DNA of 24,605 nt from a virus (lineage: Duplodnaviria; Caudoviricetes), in the IMG/VR virus record IMGVR_UViG_3300036815_000017, positions 1 through 24,605 of that record; one strand, written 5' to 3'. Of this stretch, positions 9,153-16,143 are shown piece by piece. The notes under the pieces are model-generated. The model saw nothing but the letters and a program-made list of their open reading frames with translations. It did no database searches and was not told where the DNA came from. Position numbers and translations under genes: made by a program. Position 1 is the stretch's first letter. Each line of letters begins with the position of its first letter.

Positions 9153-10430
9153 TTATTTTACGTATTGTTTATAGAAGTAATTATTACTATAGCGCGTCTC
9201 ATCTAAGGCGTGGTTATAAGCATCAATGGGTTCTCCATTATCCAAACGGACATACATCCCGATTTCTTTTAGGAAGTTATAATGGTCGTACTCATCACAC
9301 TCAACAAGTAAAAATTGTTCGTTAGTAATAGCGTTTTGCAGTCGCTCAATACCAACTTCTTTCCCTTTACTCGAACCCTTTATATCACGAGCGTTATTGT
9401 CAGCTGCACTTGTTTGGATGCCAATCAGATGTAATTCTTCTCTTAATGATTTACATGCTGGATCGACAAACACTTCAGAATACCGCATTTCAAACTTATT
9501 AACGCACCATTCTATAAACTTCTTAATTTCTTTTGCATAAGTGGACATCGCTTTAACTTGACCAGTATCTTTACCGCTGTGATAGTAGTTAGCGACACGC
9601 AGCAGTCTGAACTTATCTTCATATCGAACTACAATATTGCAACTACATGAAGTCGCATCTGATTGGCCACCATCTGCAGTAAAATACATTTCGTATCTCT
9701 GACCACGAACAGCAGGAGTGATATTGTCTTTCATACTAAACATGGAGTAAATAACACCCTGTGGCATAACACGTTTACCATACCAATCTCGCTCCAATAA
9801 GTAAGGATTCTTTGAAAGGATATCGTATATCTCTTGCTTACGTACCTCAGTGATAATTGGGTTATCCTGTATCGTCCAATGAGTCCATCTTGTATTCTGT
9901 ACATCGAACACTTCTGAAATAACTGGATGATGTGGAGCAGGTGGGTTTAAATCCGCTAAATGATAACGATCTTGAGCAGCAAATGTACGTCTAAAACACT
10001 CTTGAATCATGCCCATATTAAGTAAGTTAATCTCACAAAACACCACGCTACCAAGCGACATACCCGTTATGGCGCCGACACTATTGCTTTTTCCTCCGCC
10101 TTTATAATAGATTTTCTTAACTCCATTAGGCGTGTGCACTGCAAGATGTGAACCATGTTCATCATGTTTAATCTCAGCAAGGTTACCAAAGATATGTTGT
10201 AATCCAGTCCCATCACCATCAATAAACAAGCGATATGCTTGTTCCTGGTTATATGCAGTAATTAAATGGTTTATATCCCTTGTCCACGTCAAATAATCAG
10301 CATAGCGGAAATGCCCTGCTGTTGTCTTTCCTGATCTGGGCGTACCCTCAAGTACATCAAAGGTGTAATTATACGGACGATAGATAACTTCCAACTGTTT
10401 AGGGGAAAACTTAATCGCTGTTTTGCTCAT
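9153..10430 (-). CDS. terL: Terminase large subunit (PBSX/SPP1-like)
   Basis: Walker A GTPRSGKT, nuclease motifs ADGG, VDPA, NHALDE. Confidence 0.93.
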   Translation of the reverse strand: MSKTAIKFSPKQLEVIYRPYNYTFDVLEGTPRSGKTTAGHFRYADYLTWTRDINHLITAYNQEQAYRLFIDGDGTGLQHIFGNLAEIKHDEHGSHLAVHTPNGVKKIYYKGGGKSNSVGAITGMSLGSVVFCEINLLNMGMIQECFRRTFAAQDRYHLADLNPPAPHHPVISEVFDVQNTRWTHWTIQDNPIITEVRKQEIYDILSKNPYLLERDWYGKRVMPQGVIYSMFSMKDNITPAVRGQRYEMYFTADGGQSDATSCSCNIVVRYEDKFRLLRVANYYHSGKDTGQVKAMSTYAKEIKKFIEWCVNKFEMRYSEVFVDPACKSLREELHLIGIQTSAADNNARDIKGSSKGKEVGIERLQNAITNEQFLLVECDEYDHYNFLKEIGMYVRLDNGEPIDAYNHALDETRYSNNYFYKQYVK

Positions 10431-11256
10431 ATTGTTTACGCCCCTTTATTAATGCATCTAACAATGAAGTATCTTTCGTTTGGCCACGTAATTTCTTAGC
10501 ACGTAATTCAACGAATTCTGTTTCTGCTTTCGTCTTATCGAGCATCAGACGCATGTTTGCTATCTTCAGCAATCGTTCATCATCCTCGTGCGCTAATGTC
10601 ACGAAACGAGTGATTAAATTGGATAGCGTAGTCATAGCCTTTGAATAAGCCTGAAGAAGTTTTGCTTGTTTATCGTGAGCGAAGTCTATCGTGTATGTGG
10701 TGCTTTCTCCAGACGTCGTTATTTCCTCTGACATATCATCCTTATCCCTAACATGCATAATGCGCTGTGAATTCATAATGTTAAAGTATTGTAGATGGAT
10801 GGCACTCCATAACATATCTATTTCAGTATGGTTTTGTATTTCATCAAGTAATTCCATAGCGTGTGGATCATCGTTAGGAATTATCTTTTTGAACAAACCA
10901 TGAGTAGTTGCATTATCATTTCCTTTTGGCGGTCCATGACCAACAGAGTTCTTATTACCCCATTTAGGATTCTTGTTACCAGGATTACCTACAGCGTTTT
11001 GATTTCCTTTCAATGCAGTGGATAACTTTTGCGAAGTACTACGTTTCTTTTTCGCAGTACTACAATCATTTTCATTTGCAGTACTACAATCAGAACCATT
11101 CAATTTAGCTACCCATTTATCTCTAGATTTCCATGAGGAAATTGTTTTTTCTTGTTCTTGAAGAATCTCAGCTATCTTTCGATTCGTGATATCTCCATTG
11201 CGTTCTTTATAAATATCAAATGCTTTATCTCTATTCGGGCTCCTTGCTTTAGCCAC
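10411..11256 (-). CDS. terS: Terminase small subunit
   Basis: ARSPNRDKAF N-terminal HTH, WKSRDKW, GNxNA repeats, THG. GTG 11256 has GAGGTG SD. Confidence 0.88.
   Translation of the reverse strand: MAKARSPNRDKAFDIYKERNGDITNRKIAEILQEQEKTISSWKSRDKWVAKLNGSDCSTANENDCSTAKKKRSTSQKLSTALKGNQNAVGNPGNKNPKWGNKNSVGHGPPKGNDNATTHGLFKKIIPNDDPHAMELLDEIQNHTEIDMLWSAIHLQYFNIMNSQRIMHVRDKDDMSEEITTSGESTTYTIDFAHDKQAKLLQAYSKAMTTLSNLITRFVTLAHEDDERLLKIANMRLMLDKTKAETEFVELRAKKLRGQTKDTSLLDALIKGRKQYEQNSD
11054..11092. repeat. 15-bp direct repeat x2 inside terS
   Basis: GCAGTACTACAATCA at 11054-11068 and 11078-11092. Confidence 0.85.
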
Positions 11257-11311
11257 GACCACCACCTCACGATAATCTCTAAATGATTTTATGAAAAATT
11301 AAGAATGTATA

Positions 11312-11340
11312 TTTACCAAATAAATACAAGCTGTTATAAT
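11312..11340 (+). promoter_or_regulatory. SigA-type promoter (extended -10), antisense to phage genes
   Basis: TTTACC-17bp-TATAAT with TGn upstream. Confidence 0.6.
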
Positions 11341-11346
11341 AAAGTT

Positions 11347-11397
11347 ACATTGCCATCGGATGAGACTTGAAAGCCAACAAGTTTCGTCCGTTTTTTT
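11347..11397 (+). ncRNA. Candidate ~50-nt small RNA (unit A)
   Basis: Promoter, then 13-bp stem CGGATGAGACTTG/CAAGTTTCGTCCG (two G-U on + strand) and T7. No ORF. Start estimated. Confidence 0.5.
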
Positions 11398-11399
11398 GT

Positions 11400-11615
11400 C
11401 TAGGCCTTCAAGAACTCATCAATCGTCTTATCTAACACGCTAATAAGAGACTCTCGTGCTTGTTTTGGTGTCATGTCATCGTTCATTTCGTTGTACATTG
11501 ATACAGCCTTTTCTAGTTTCTGTGGATCGATATGTTCTTTGACTAACTCCACTCCAAGGATGTTGTTGATTAACCTTCCTATCACTACTGATTGTTCTTG
11601 TTTAGTTAGTTTCAT
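11400..11615 (-). CDS. Hypothetical protein
   Basis: ORF with strong AAGGAGGAG SD. Confidence 0.8.
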   Translation of the reverse strand: MKLTKQEQSVVIGRLINNILGVELVKEHIDPQKLEKAVSMYNEMNDDMTPKQARESLISVLDKTIDEFLKA

Positions 11616-11648
11616 TTTTCCAACTCCTCCTTATGGTAATCCCTTTAT

Positions 11649-11676
11649 AAAATAAAAAAGCAGCGTATTCGCTACT
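11649..11676 (-). terminator. Intrinsic terminator
   Basis: AGTAGCG-aata-CGCTGCT followed by TTTTTATTTT. Confidence 0.7.
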
Positions 11677-11920
11677 GTAATTGTTCTACTATCTCATTAA
11701 ACAACTGTTGTCCTTTTTCCGGATATCTTTCTAATCCACCATCAGCAAAGTATTCACCTTCACTACAAATCACTTCAATCAATACGTCTCCTTTTTCCCA
11801 AACCTGTAAAGAGAACGCAACGCATGATTCGAATTCTTTTAACGCTTCTTCTCTGTCTGTGGTAGCCAACATAATATCCGTATCAGCATTGTCCCACATC
11901 ACAACTGTATAGATCAGCAT
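11672..11920 (-). CDS. Hypothetical acidic protein
   Basis: ORF with GAGGTG SD. Start ATG 11920 or TTG 11923. Confidence 0.75.
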   Translation of the reverse strand: MLIYTVVMWDNADTDIMLATTDREEALKEFESCVAFSLQVWEKGDVLIEVICSEGEYFADGGLERYPEKGQQLFNEIVEQLQ

Positions 11921-12014
11921 CAAATCACCTCGAAAGAATCATATTTTGAAAAATCCATAACGAAAACTAATTTATACAGGGAAATTAATAAGTTATACAT
12001 ATAACTTTCTTTCT

Positions 12015-12042
12015 AGTTTACATAACCATTCTTATACGCAGT
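12015..12042 (-). other. dif-like XerC/XerD (CodV/RipX) recombination core site
   Basis: Minus strand ACTGCGTATAA-GAATGG-TTATGTAAACT, 11-6-11 layout. Versus B. subtilis dif as recalled (ACTTCCTAGAA-TATATA-TTATGTAAACT): right arm 11/11, left arm 8/11. Confidence 0.8.
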
Positions 12043-12196
12043 TGATTAAAGTTGATATCATGGGAAATCGTTGATACCACTCACTTTCCGTTACATATCA
12101 TTCCATATATTTATGCATGATTTTATGCACGCCCTATTTTAGCGGGTTTCCAGCACCTAAACACCGTTATTTCCTGCATAAACTTCACTTTGTTAA

Positions 12197-12427
12197 CTAT
12201 CTATATTTTCGTTCGTTGTGTTCGTTTGTTTTGTTAGATCGCTTTTTAAGATATTCAGCAAACTTAGTTCTCACTCTTTCAAGTGCTTCCTTTCGTTCAA
12301 CTGCTCTATCTCTTTCGCTTGTTATATCATAAGGGCCATCAGCAGGATCAGGATAAACAATCTCATCGCAAATCTCCAAGAAGTAATCACCATCAATCTT
12401 TCCTAGTAACCACATCCTTGCATACAT
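12197..12427 (-). CDS. Possible hypothetical protein or gene remnant
   Basis: Protein-like composition from MYARMW..., but no clear SD. The longer ORF call crosses a terminator. Confidence 0.35.
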   Translation of the reverse strand: MYARMWLLGKIDGDYFLEICDEIVYPDPADGPYDITSERDRAVERKEALERVRTKFAEYLKKRSNKTNEHNERKYR

Positions 12428-12454
12428 ATTAAGATCGGCTAATTCCTGGTTTAC

Positions 12455-12489
12455 AAAAAACAAAAAGCCATCACCGAAGTGACAGCCTT
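12455..12489 (-). terminator. Strong intrinsic terminator with UUCG loop
   Basis: AAGGCTGTCAC-TTCG-GTGATGGCTTT followed by TTGTTTTTT. Confidence 0.85.
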
Positions 12490-12936
12490 CAAGGGGATGG
12501 GAGAAAAGAGAGAAAACAAATGGCAAAGTTTCTCTTCATTCAAGATTGAGATGAGTTACTCTCAACTTTCTCCAAATCACCGCATCAATAGTATGGCTAC
12601 ACGCCCTGTGTCGGTGACTGGGAGAAGAGCAAGAATCTTCTCGTTTATACTCCGTAGAGTCGGCTACTTAATGTCATTTTCACCATTTACGTTTGCACAA
12701 TGTGATTATATCCAGAGGGAATGTGTTTATTCCGTCCCCCTTGTTTGAACCAACACATAAGACTGAGGGGAATGTTCAGCTGTATTGGCTCAAACAAAGA
12801 GCGGAAGCTCTCTGCTCGTTTAGACCTATATTTTTAAAAAAATCCAGTTCATCCGACCGAACGAACCATCACCACATTTGTAAAGCGATCCATCTCGAAA
12901 TCAAGAACTTTGAAGTAGTTTCCGCTACCTCTCAGT
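12455..12936 (-). ncRNA. Candidate structured late-leader / non-coding RNA (~480 nt)
   Basis: Series of stems whose mismatches are G-U on the minus strand, cUACGg and cUUCGg tetraloops, bounded by predicted promoter and terminator. 5' end estimated. Confidence 0.6.
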
Positions 12937-12942
12937 AATAAT

Positions 12943-12999
12943 AGTGTATCACCTAATTATCAAGAACAGTGTGTCATCGTTGTGGCATGATTGTGGCTT
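12943..12999 (-). promoter_or_regulatory. Putative activator-dependent late promoter with upstream direct repeats
   Basis: TGaTACACT extended -10 (12951-12943), no good -35, three repeats AAGCCACAA/ATGCCACAA/ATGACACAC at 11-bp period in the 3' end of the activator gene. Confidence 0.6.
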
Positions 13000-13415
13000 C
13001 TTTTCATTCTGCTGCTTACTCTTCTAATATGGTCATAGCTATAACCTAGCTCACTAGCAACCTGTTTTAAATTGAACCCCATTACATCACGTAAATATAT
13101 AATTTGTTGTTCCAAACCTTTCTTTTTACTCATAACAAACTGTGCTTCCCCCATTAGTACCTTCTTATCAGTAATACGTTGTTTTAATCGCTCTGACTTC
13201 TCCATAATACGATCATGACGACCTGCAATTTCATCTAAAGCCAGTGGAATTTGTCCTCCTGTTACACGGTCCTTGCTGTAGTCTGTTACTCCATTAAACT
13301 TAGGCGCATTCATATGCATATTTTTAATCAGGTATTTATGTTCTAACTTCAGGTCCTTTAATTCAATCTCCATTAATTCAATTTCTTCTCCTAAGTTTTG
13401 ATAAATGTTTGTCAT
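12960..13415 (-). CDS. Late transcriptional activator (ArpU/RinA-like, sigma region-4-like HTH)
   Basis: N-terminal coiled coil, C-terminal IIYLRDVMGFNLKQVASELGYSYDHIRR HTH, last early gene before packaging module. Confidence 0.8.
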   Translation of the reverse strand: MTNIYQNLGEEIELMEIELKDLKLEHKYLIKNMHMNAPKFNGVTDYSKDRVTGGQIPLALDEIAGRHDRIMEKSERLKQRITDKKVLMGEAQFVMSKKKGLEQQIIYLRDVMGFNLKQVASELGYSYDHIRRVSSRMKRSHNHATTMTHCS

Positions 13416-13551
13416 GGTAAATCCCCCTATTTCGAATTTGTCTTTTTAACATCACATAAGGTACGTGAAATTTTAATATCTCATTGTTGAATAAGGGAAC
13501 GATAACTAGTAAGCAGCCCCCACCATCTACTCCCCATCGTTCCGCTATCCA

Positions 13552-13758
13552 TTAAGCTGTTTTCTTATTGATAGTACATCCTCTACTAAACTGCCATCCG
13601 TCATTTAAATGGTTCATTAACTGCTGATACGTAAATACATCAAACAACCAAACTCTTTGATCATGTTCAAACCCTGGTTCTTTTCGAAACAACATATATT
13701 CTCGTGTACCTTCGTATCTCTTTATAACACTCACCCCTTTATGATCTTGTCCATTCAC
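13552..13758 (-). CDS. Hypothetical protein (start uncertain)
   Basis: Co-oriented ORF filling the gap after DUF1064. Confidence 0.6.
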   Translation of the reverse strand: MNGQDHKGVSVIKRYEGTREYMLFRKEPGFEHDQRVWLFDVFTYQQLMNHLNDGWQFSRGCTINKKTA

Positions 13759-14161
13759 CTAACTTCTTGTCCCATATCACAACGATTAACTCCTGTTGAT
13801 TTTGAAACTCCCATAATCTTCTTCTTAATGGGAATCCTTCATTAATTGCCTTCTTATGCCCCTTAACATCTACAACCTCTACACGACCATCTGAGTACGT
13901 TACTTTAAAATCTGGTGTAAACCTCATAGCTGCCTTTTTCGACTTCCCTGACTTCGTTATGCTGCTCTTAATCTCAAATGATGGTATAAGAGTGAAAGCG
14001 GGATGACACTCTATGTGACTAACATCATCCCTGCTTTTTAAGTACTTGTAATAGTTCATTTCTGACTGAGAATCGAAGTTAATTCCGTCATAAGTTACTT
14101 TCTTTTGTTTAATTCGTGGCGCATTCTTTTTCTTGGTTGTTACCTTTCTCTTTCTAATCAA
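13739..14161 (-). CDS. DUF1064 family PD-(D/E)XK endonuclease
   Basis: DGINFDSQSE...PDF...VVDVKG motifs. TTG start with GAGG SD. Confidence 0.85.
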   Translation of the reverse strand: MIRKRKVTTKKKNAPRIKQKKVTYDGINFDSQSEMNYYKYLKSRDDVSHIECHPAFTLIPSFEIKSSITKSGKSKKAAMRFTPDFKVTYSDGRVEVVDVKGHKKAINEGFPLRRRLWEFQNQQELIVVIWDKKLGEWTRS

Positions 14162-14177
14162 CTAGTAACCTCACTTT

Positions 14178-14351
14178 CTATTTCATTTGTTCTTTACACT
14201 CTTCAAGAAAATCAATAACTTCCTGTATATGTTCCTTTGTTGTCATGCTTTCCATTACGTATCCTGCATCGTTATAAACATTAACCTTACTTCCTGTAAA
14301 TTCCATTCCACACATTCCATCTGCACCTAATAGCTTTACGTTATCTTCCAT
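14178..14351 (-). CDS. Hypothetical protein, 57 aa (MEDNVKLLGADGMCG...)
   Basis: Hand-translated, below ORF-track cutoff, GAGG SD. Confidence 0.7.
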   Translation of the reverse strand: MEDNVKLLGADGMCGMEFTGSKVNVYNDAGYVMESMTTKEHIQEVIDFLEECKEQMK

Positions 14352-14395
14352 TCTCCTAACCTCGCTTTCTATTCAAAGAATTGTTTTATTCAGTT

Positions 14396-14767
14396 TTATA
14401 TTTCTAATAACTCTGGATTATCATGAAGATTTCCTACCACTTCGAAATCTTCCCAATGTATATCTTTCGTTGTATACAAGCATTTTCCATAGGTATCGAA
14501 TTTATCAACAAAGCAGAAAGCTGCACGTTTTTCAGAAAACTCAATGTACAAAGGCAATTCGTCTAAGTCTTTTAATATATCGCCTTCATAAATCTCCTTT
14601 TCGTTCTTGTCATTCAATCCTGTGTATTGACCAACTGTATCAGCATAAACAATGTACAATTTTCCATTAACTGAAATCCCAGCATTTCCATTTTGTGTTT
14701 TTCTAAGATCCCCACAAGCCCACTCTGTACTATTGATTCTTCTGCCACGAAACTTTATTTCTCTCAT
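14396..14767 (-). CDS. YopX family protein
   Basis: MREIKFRG...GQYTGLNDKN-KEIYEGDI...EVVGN--DNPELL. Confidence 0.9.
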   Translation of the reverse strand: MREIKFRGRRINSTEWACGDLRKTQNGNAGISVNGKLYIVYADTVGQYTGLNDKNEKEIYEGDILKDLDELPLYIEFSEKRAAFCFVDKFDTYGKCLYTTKDIHWEDFEVVGNLHDNPELLEI

Positions 14768-14773
14768 TTCCCT

Positions 14774-14932
14774 CTACCTCCAACTGTTATAATTATCTAT
14801 TTCAAACTCATTTTTTCTTTTCAATGCAACTAAAAATTTCTTCACGCTATCATCTTTGCACTCTTTTATTTCTTCATTTAAAATTTCAATTTTATCTTTA
14901 TGTGGTTGTATTAAAATGTCTATCCATTTCAT
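14774..14932 (-). CDS. Hypothetical protein, 52 aa (MKWIDILIQPHK...)
   Basis: Hand-translated, GGGGG SD. Confidence 0.65.
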   Translation of the reverse strand: MKWIDILIQPHKDKIEILNEEIKECKDDSVKKFLVALKRKNEFEIDNYNSWR

Positions 14933-14945
14933 CTTTCTACCCCCT

Positions 14946-14974
14946 GAATAAAACCCAATATTCCGTCAATACTA
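14946..14974 (+). promoter_or_regulatory. SigG-like (forespore) promoter
   Basis: GAATA-17bp-AATACTA fits the GHATA-N17/18-MATACTA consensus. Confidence 0.5.
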
Positions 14975-14978
14975 TAGA

Positions 14979-15037
14979 CACCTAGTTGAGACAAGATCTC
15001 CATTAGGTGAGCAGTTAGCTTTTGCTAGCTGCTCTTT
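14979..15037 (+). ncRNA. Candidate two-hairpin small RNA (unit B)
   Basis: CACCTAGT..ATTAGGTG and GAGCAGTTAGC-tttt-GCTAGCTGCTC stems, G-U on + strand. U-tract is short. Confidence 0.45.
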
Positions 15038-15347
15038 AATATTCTGTTGATGCAATGATACAAGGGCTTGTAATGTTGTCATTTTTAATTACCCATTCAA
15101 ATGTTTTGCGGACTACTATTGAATCTCCAAGTGGTCTTCCACATTGAAAATTGTCCTTTTCACTTTCTGGCAATTCATCTATGTCTACATACGTAACTTC
15201 TTGCAAACTAACTTCCCCAACGAACCCTTCGTTTATATCCTCATCATCAAATCCACATTCTTTCTTGTAATACGCTTTTGCTTGTTCTTCCGTTTCTGCG
15301 CAAACCCAATCAGTATCATTCATTTTAAAAACCTTCATCATATCCAT
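15036..15347 (-). CDS. Hypothetical acidic protein
   Basis: ORF with SD. Confidence 0.8.
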   Translation of the reverse strand: MDMMKVFKMNDTDWVCAETEEQAKAYYKKECGFDDEDINEGFVGEVSLQEVTYVDIDELPESEKDNFQCGRPLGDSIVVRKTFEWVIKNDNITSPCIIASTEY

Positions 15348-15377
15348 TCCCCTTTTCTACAAAATGAAATTTTTATA

Positions 15378-15575
15378 CTAATTACTGTCATCCCTCATAA
15401 TCCAATTCAATTTCATAACTACCTGGTCCAAGATACCTATTTGATTATTAACACCATCACGATATTCCTCACCATGAACTCTTGAAAAACTATTTTGGAT
15501 CCGTTTTAAACCTGATTTTCTTCGTTTTAAATCAGTGATAAGCTGTTTAACTTCTTCAGATTTCAAACTGCACAT
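15378..15575 (-). CDS. Hypothetical protein (start uncertain)
   Basis: Co-oriented ORF between two junction motifs. Confidence 0.65.
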   Translation of the reverse strand: MCSLKSEEVKQLITDLKRRKSGLKRIQNSFSRVHGEEYRDGVNNQIGILDQVVMKLNWIMRDDSN

Positions 15576-15602
15576 CCTTTTCTATTCAAATAACGCTTTT
15601 GT

Positions 15603-15851
15603 TTAATGACGGAAATTTAAATATTTTATATTTCCAAATATGGTTTTCTTCACCATTACAGGTTTCCTGTCTTTAAATATTGGTTTGAGTGATTTTTCAA
15701 ATTCAGTAGAATCTACAATTTCCCTAATCCATTCTCCACTTACAAATGGTAAGGCTGAGTTTGGTCTTTTGAAATATACCTCCAAACAATCATCAAATAC
15801 TTTTGTAATGATGGCTTCCATGCGACAATATTTAGCGTACTGACCAATCAT
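15603..15851 (-). CDS. Hypothetical protein
   Basis: GGAGGTG SD, bounded by junction motifs. Confidence 0.75.
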   Translation of the reverse strand: MIGQYAKYCRMEAIITKVFDDCLEVYFKRPNSALPFVSGEWIREIVDSTEFEKSLKPIFKDRKPVMVKKTIFGNIKYLNFRH

Positions 15852-15880
15852 TAAAACACCTCCAAAAAAAACGCTTTGAT

Positions 15881-16051
15881 TTAGTTTTCTTGCTTATTTT
15901 TCTTATACTCAACGTCAGTTACTATCAAAGAAGTACATTCATTACACCCAATAGTTCCATCTCTCATTTGAAACCAATAATAGTCGTTGTCGCATTTACA
16001 ACCACGTTCTTTTGCTATCTTAAACATCTCTCTTTTCTTTTTAGATACCAT
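15881..16051 (-). CDS. Small CxC...CxxC putative zinc-binding protein, 56 aa
   Basis: Hand-translated MVSKKKREMF...GCKC...GCNEC..., GAGGG SD. Confidence 0.7.
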   Translation of the reverse strand: MVSKKKREMFKIAKERGCKCDNDYYWFQMRDGTIGCNECTSLIVTDVEYKKNKQEN

Positions 16052-16107
16052 AGCAATCCCTCACTTTCGTACAAAATTCAAATTTCATTCCAATTAATTG
16101 CCTTTTA

Positions 16108-16137
16108 TTGCATTCATTTGGGATTTCGTGGTAATAT
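16108..16137 (+). promoter_or_regulatory. SigA-type promoter (extended -10), antisense
   Basis: TTGCAT-18bp-TAATAT with TGn. Confidence 0.55.
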
Positions 16138-16143
16138 TAATCT

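Larger units (their letters stand above)
14374..16089. repeat. Dispersed 17-19 bp gene-junction motif (5 copies here, another at 19805-19821)
   Basis: Copies at 14374-14390, 15360-15377, 15587-15603, 15863-15881, 16072-16089, each just upstream of an SD. Confidence 0.6.

Noticed and set aside
11931-11950. Seventh copy of the junction motif
   Set aside because: TTCAAAATATGATTCTTTCG is in the right position before an SD but too divergent in length and sequence to count.
12428-12526. N-terminal extension of the 109-aa ORF
   Set aside because: Runs through the UUCG terminator and pyrimidine tract, no SD.
12455-12936. tRNA genes or a CRISPR array in the non-coding gap
   Set aside because: No cloverleaf with properly placed T-loop and acceptor stem. 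No regularly spaced identical repeats.
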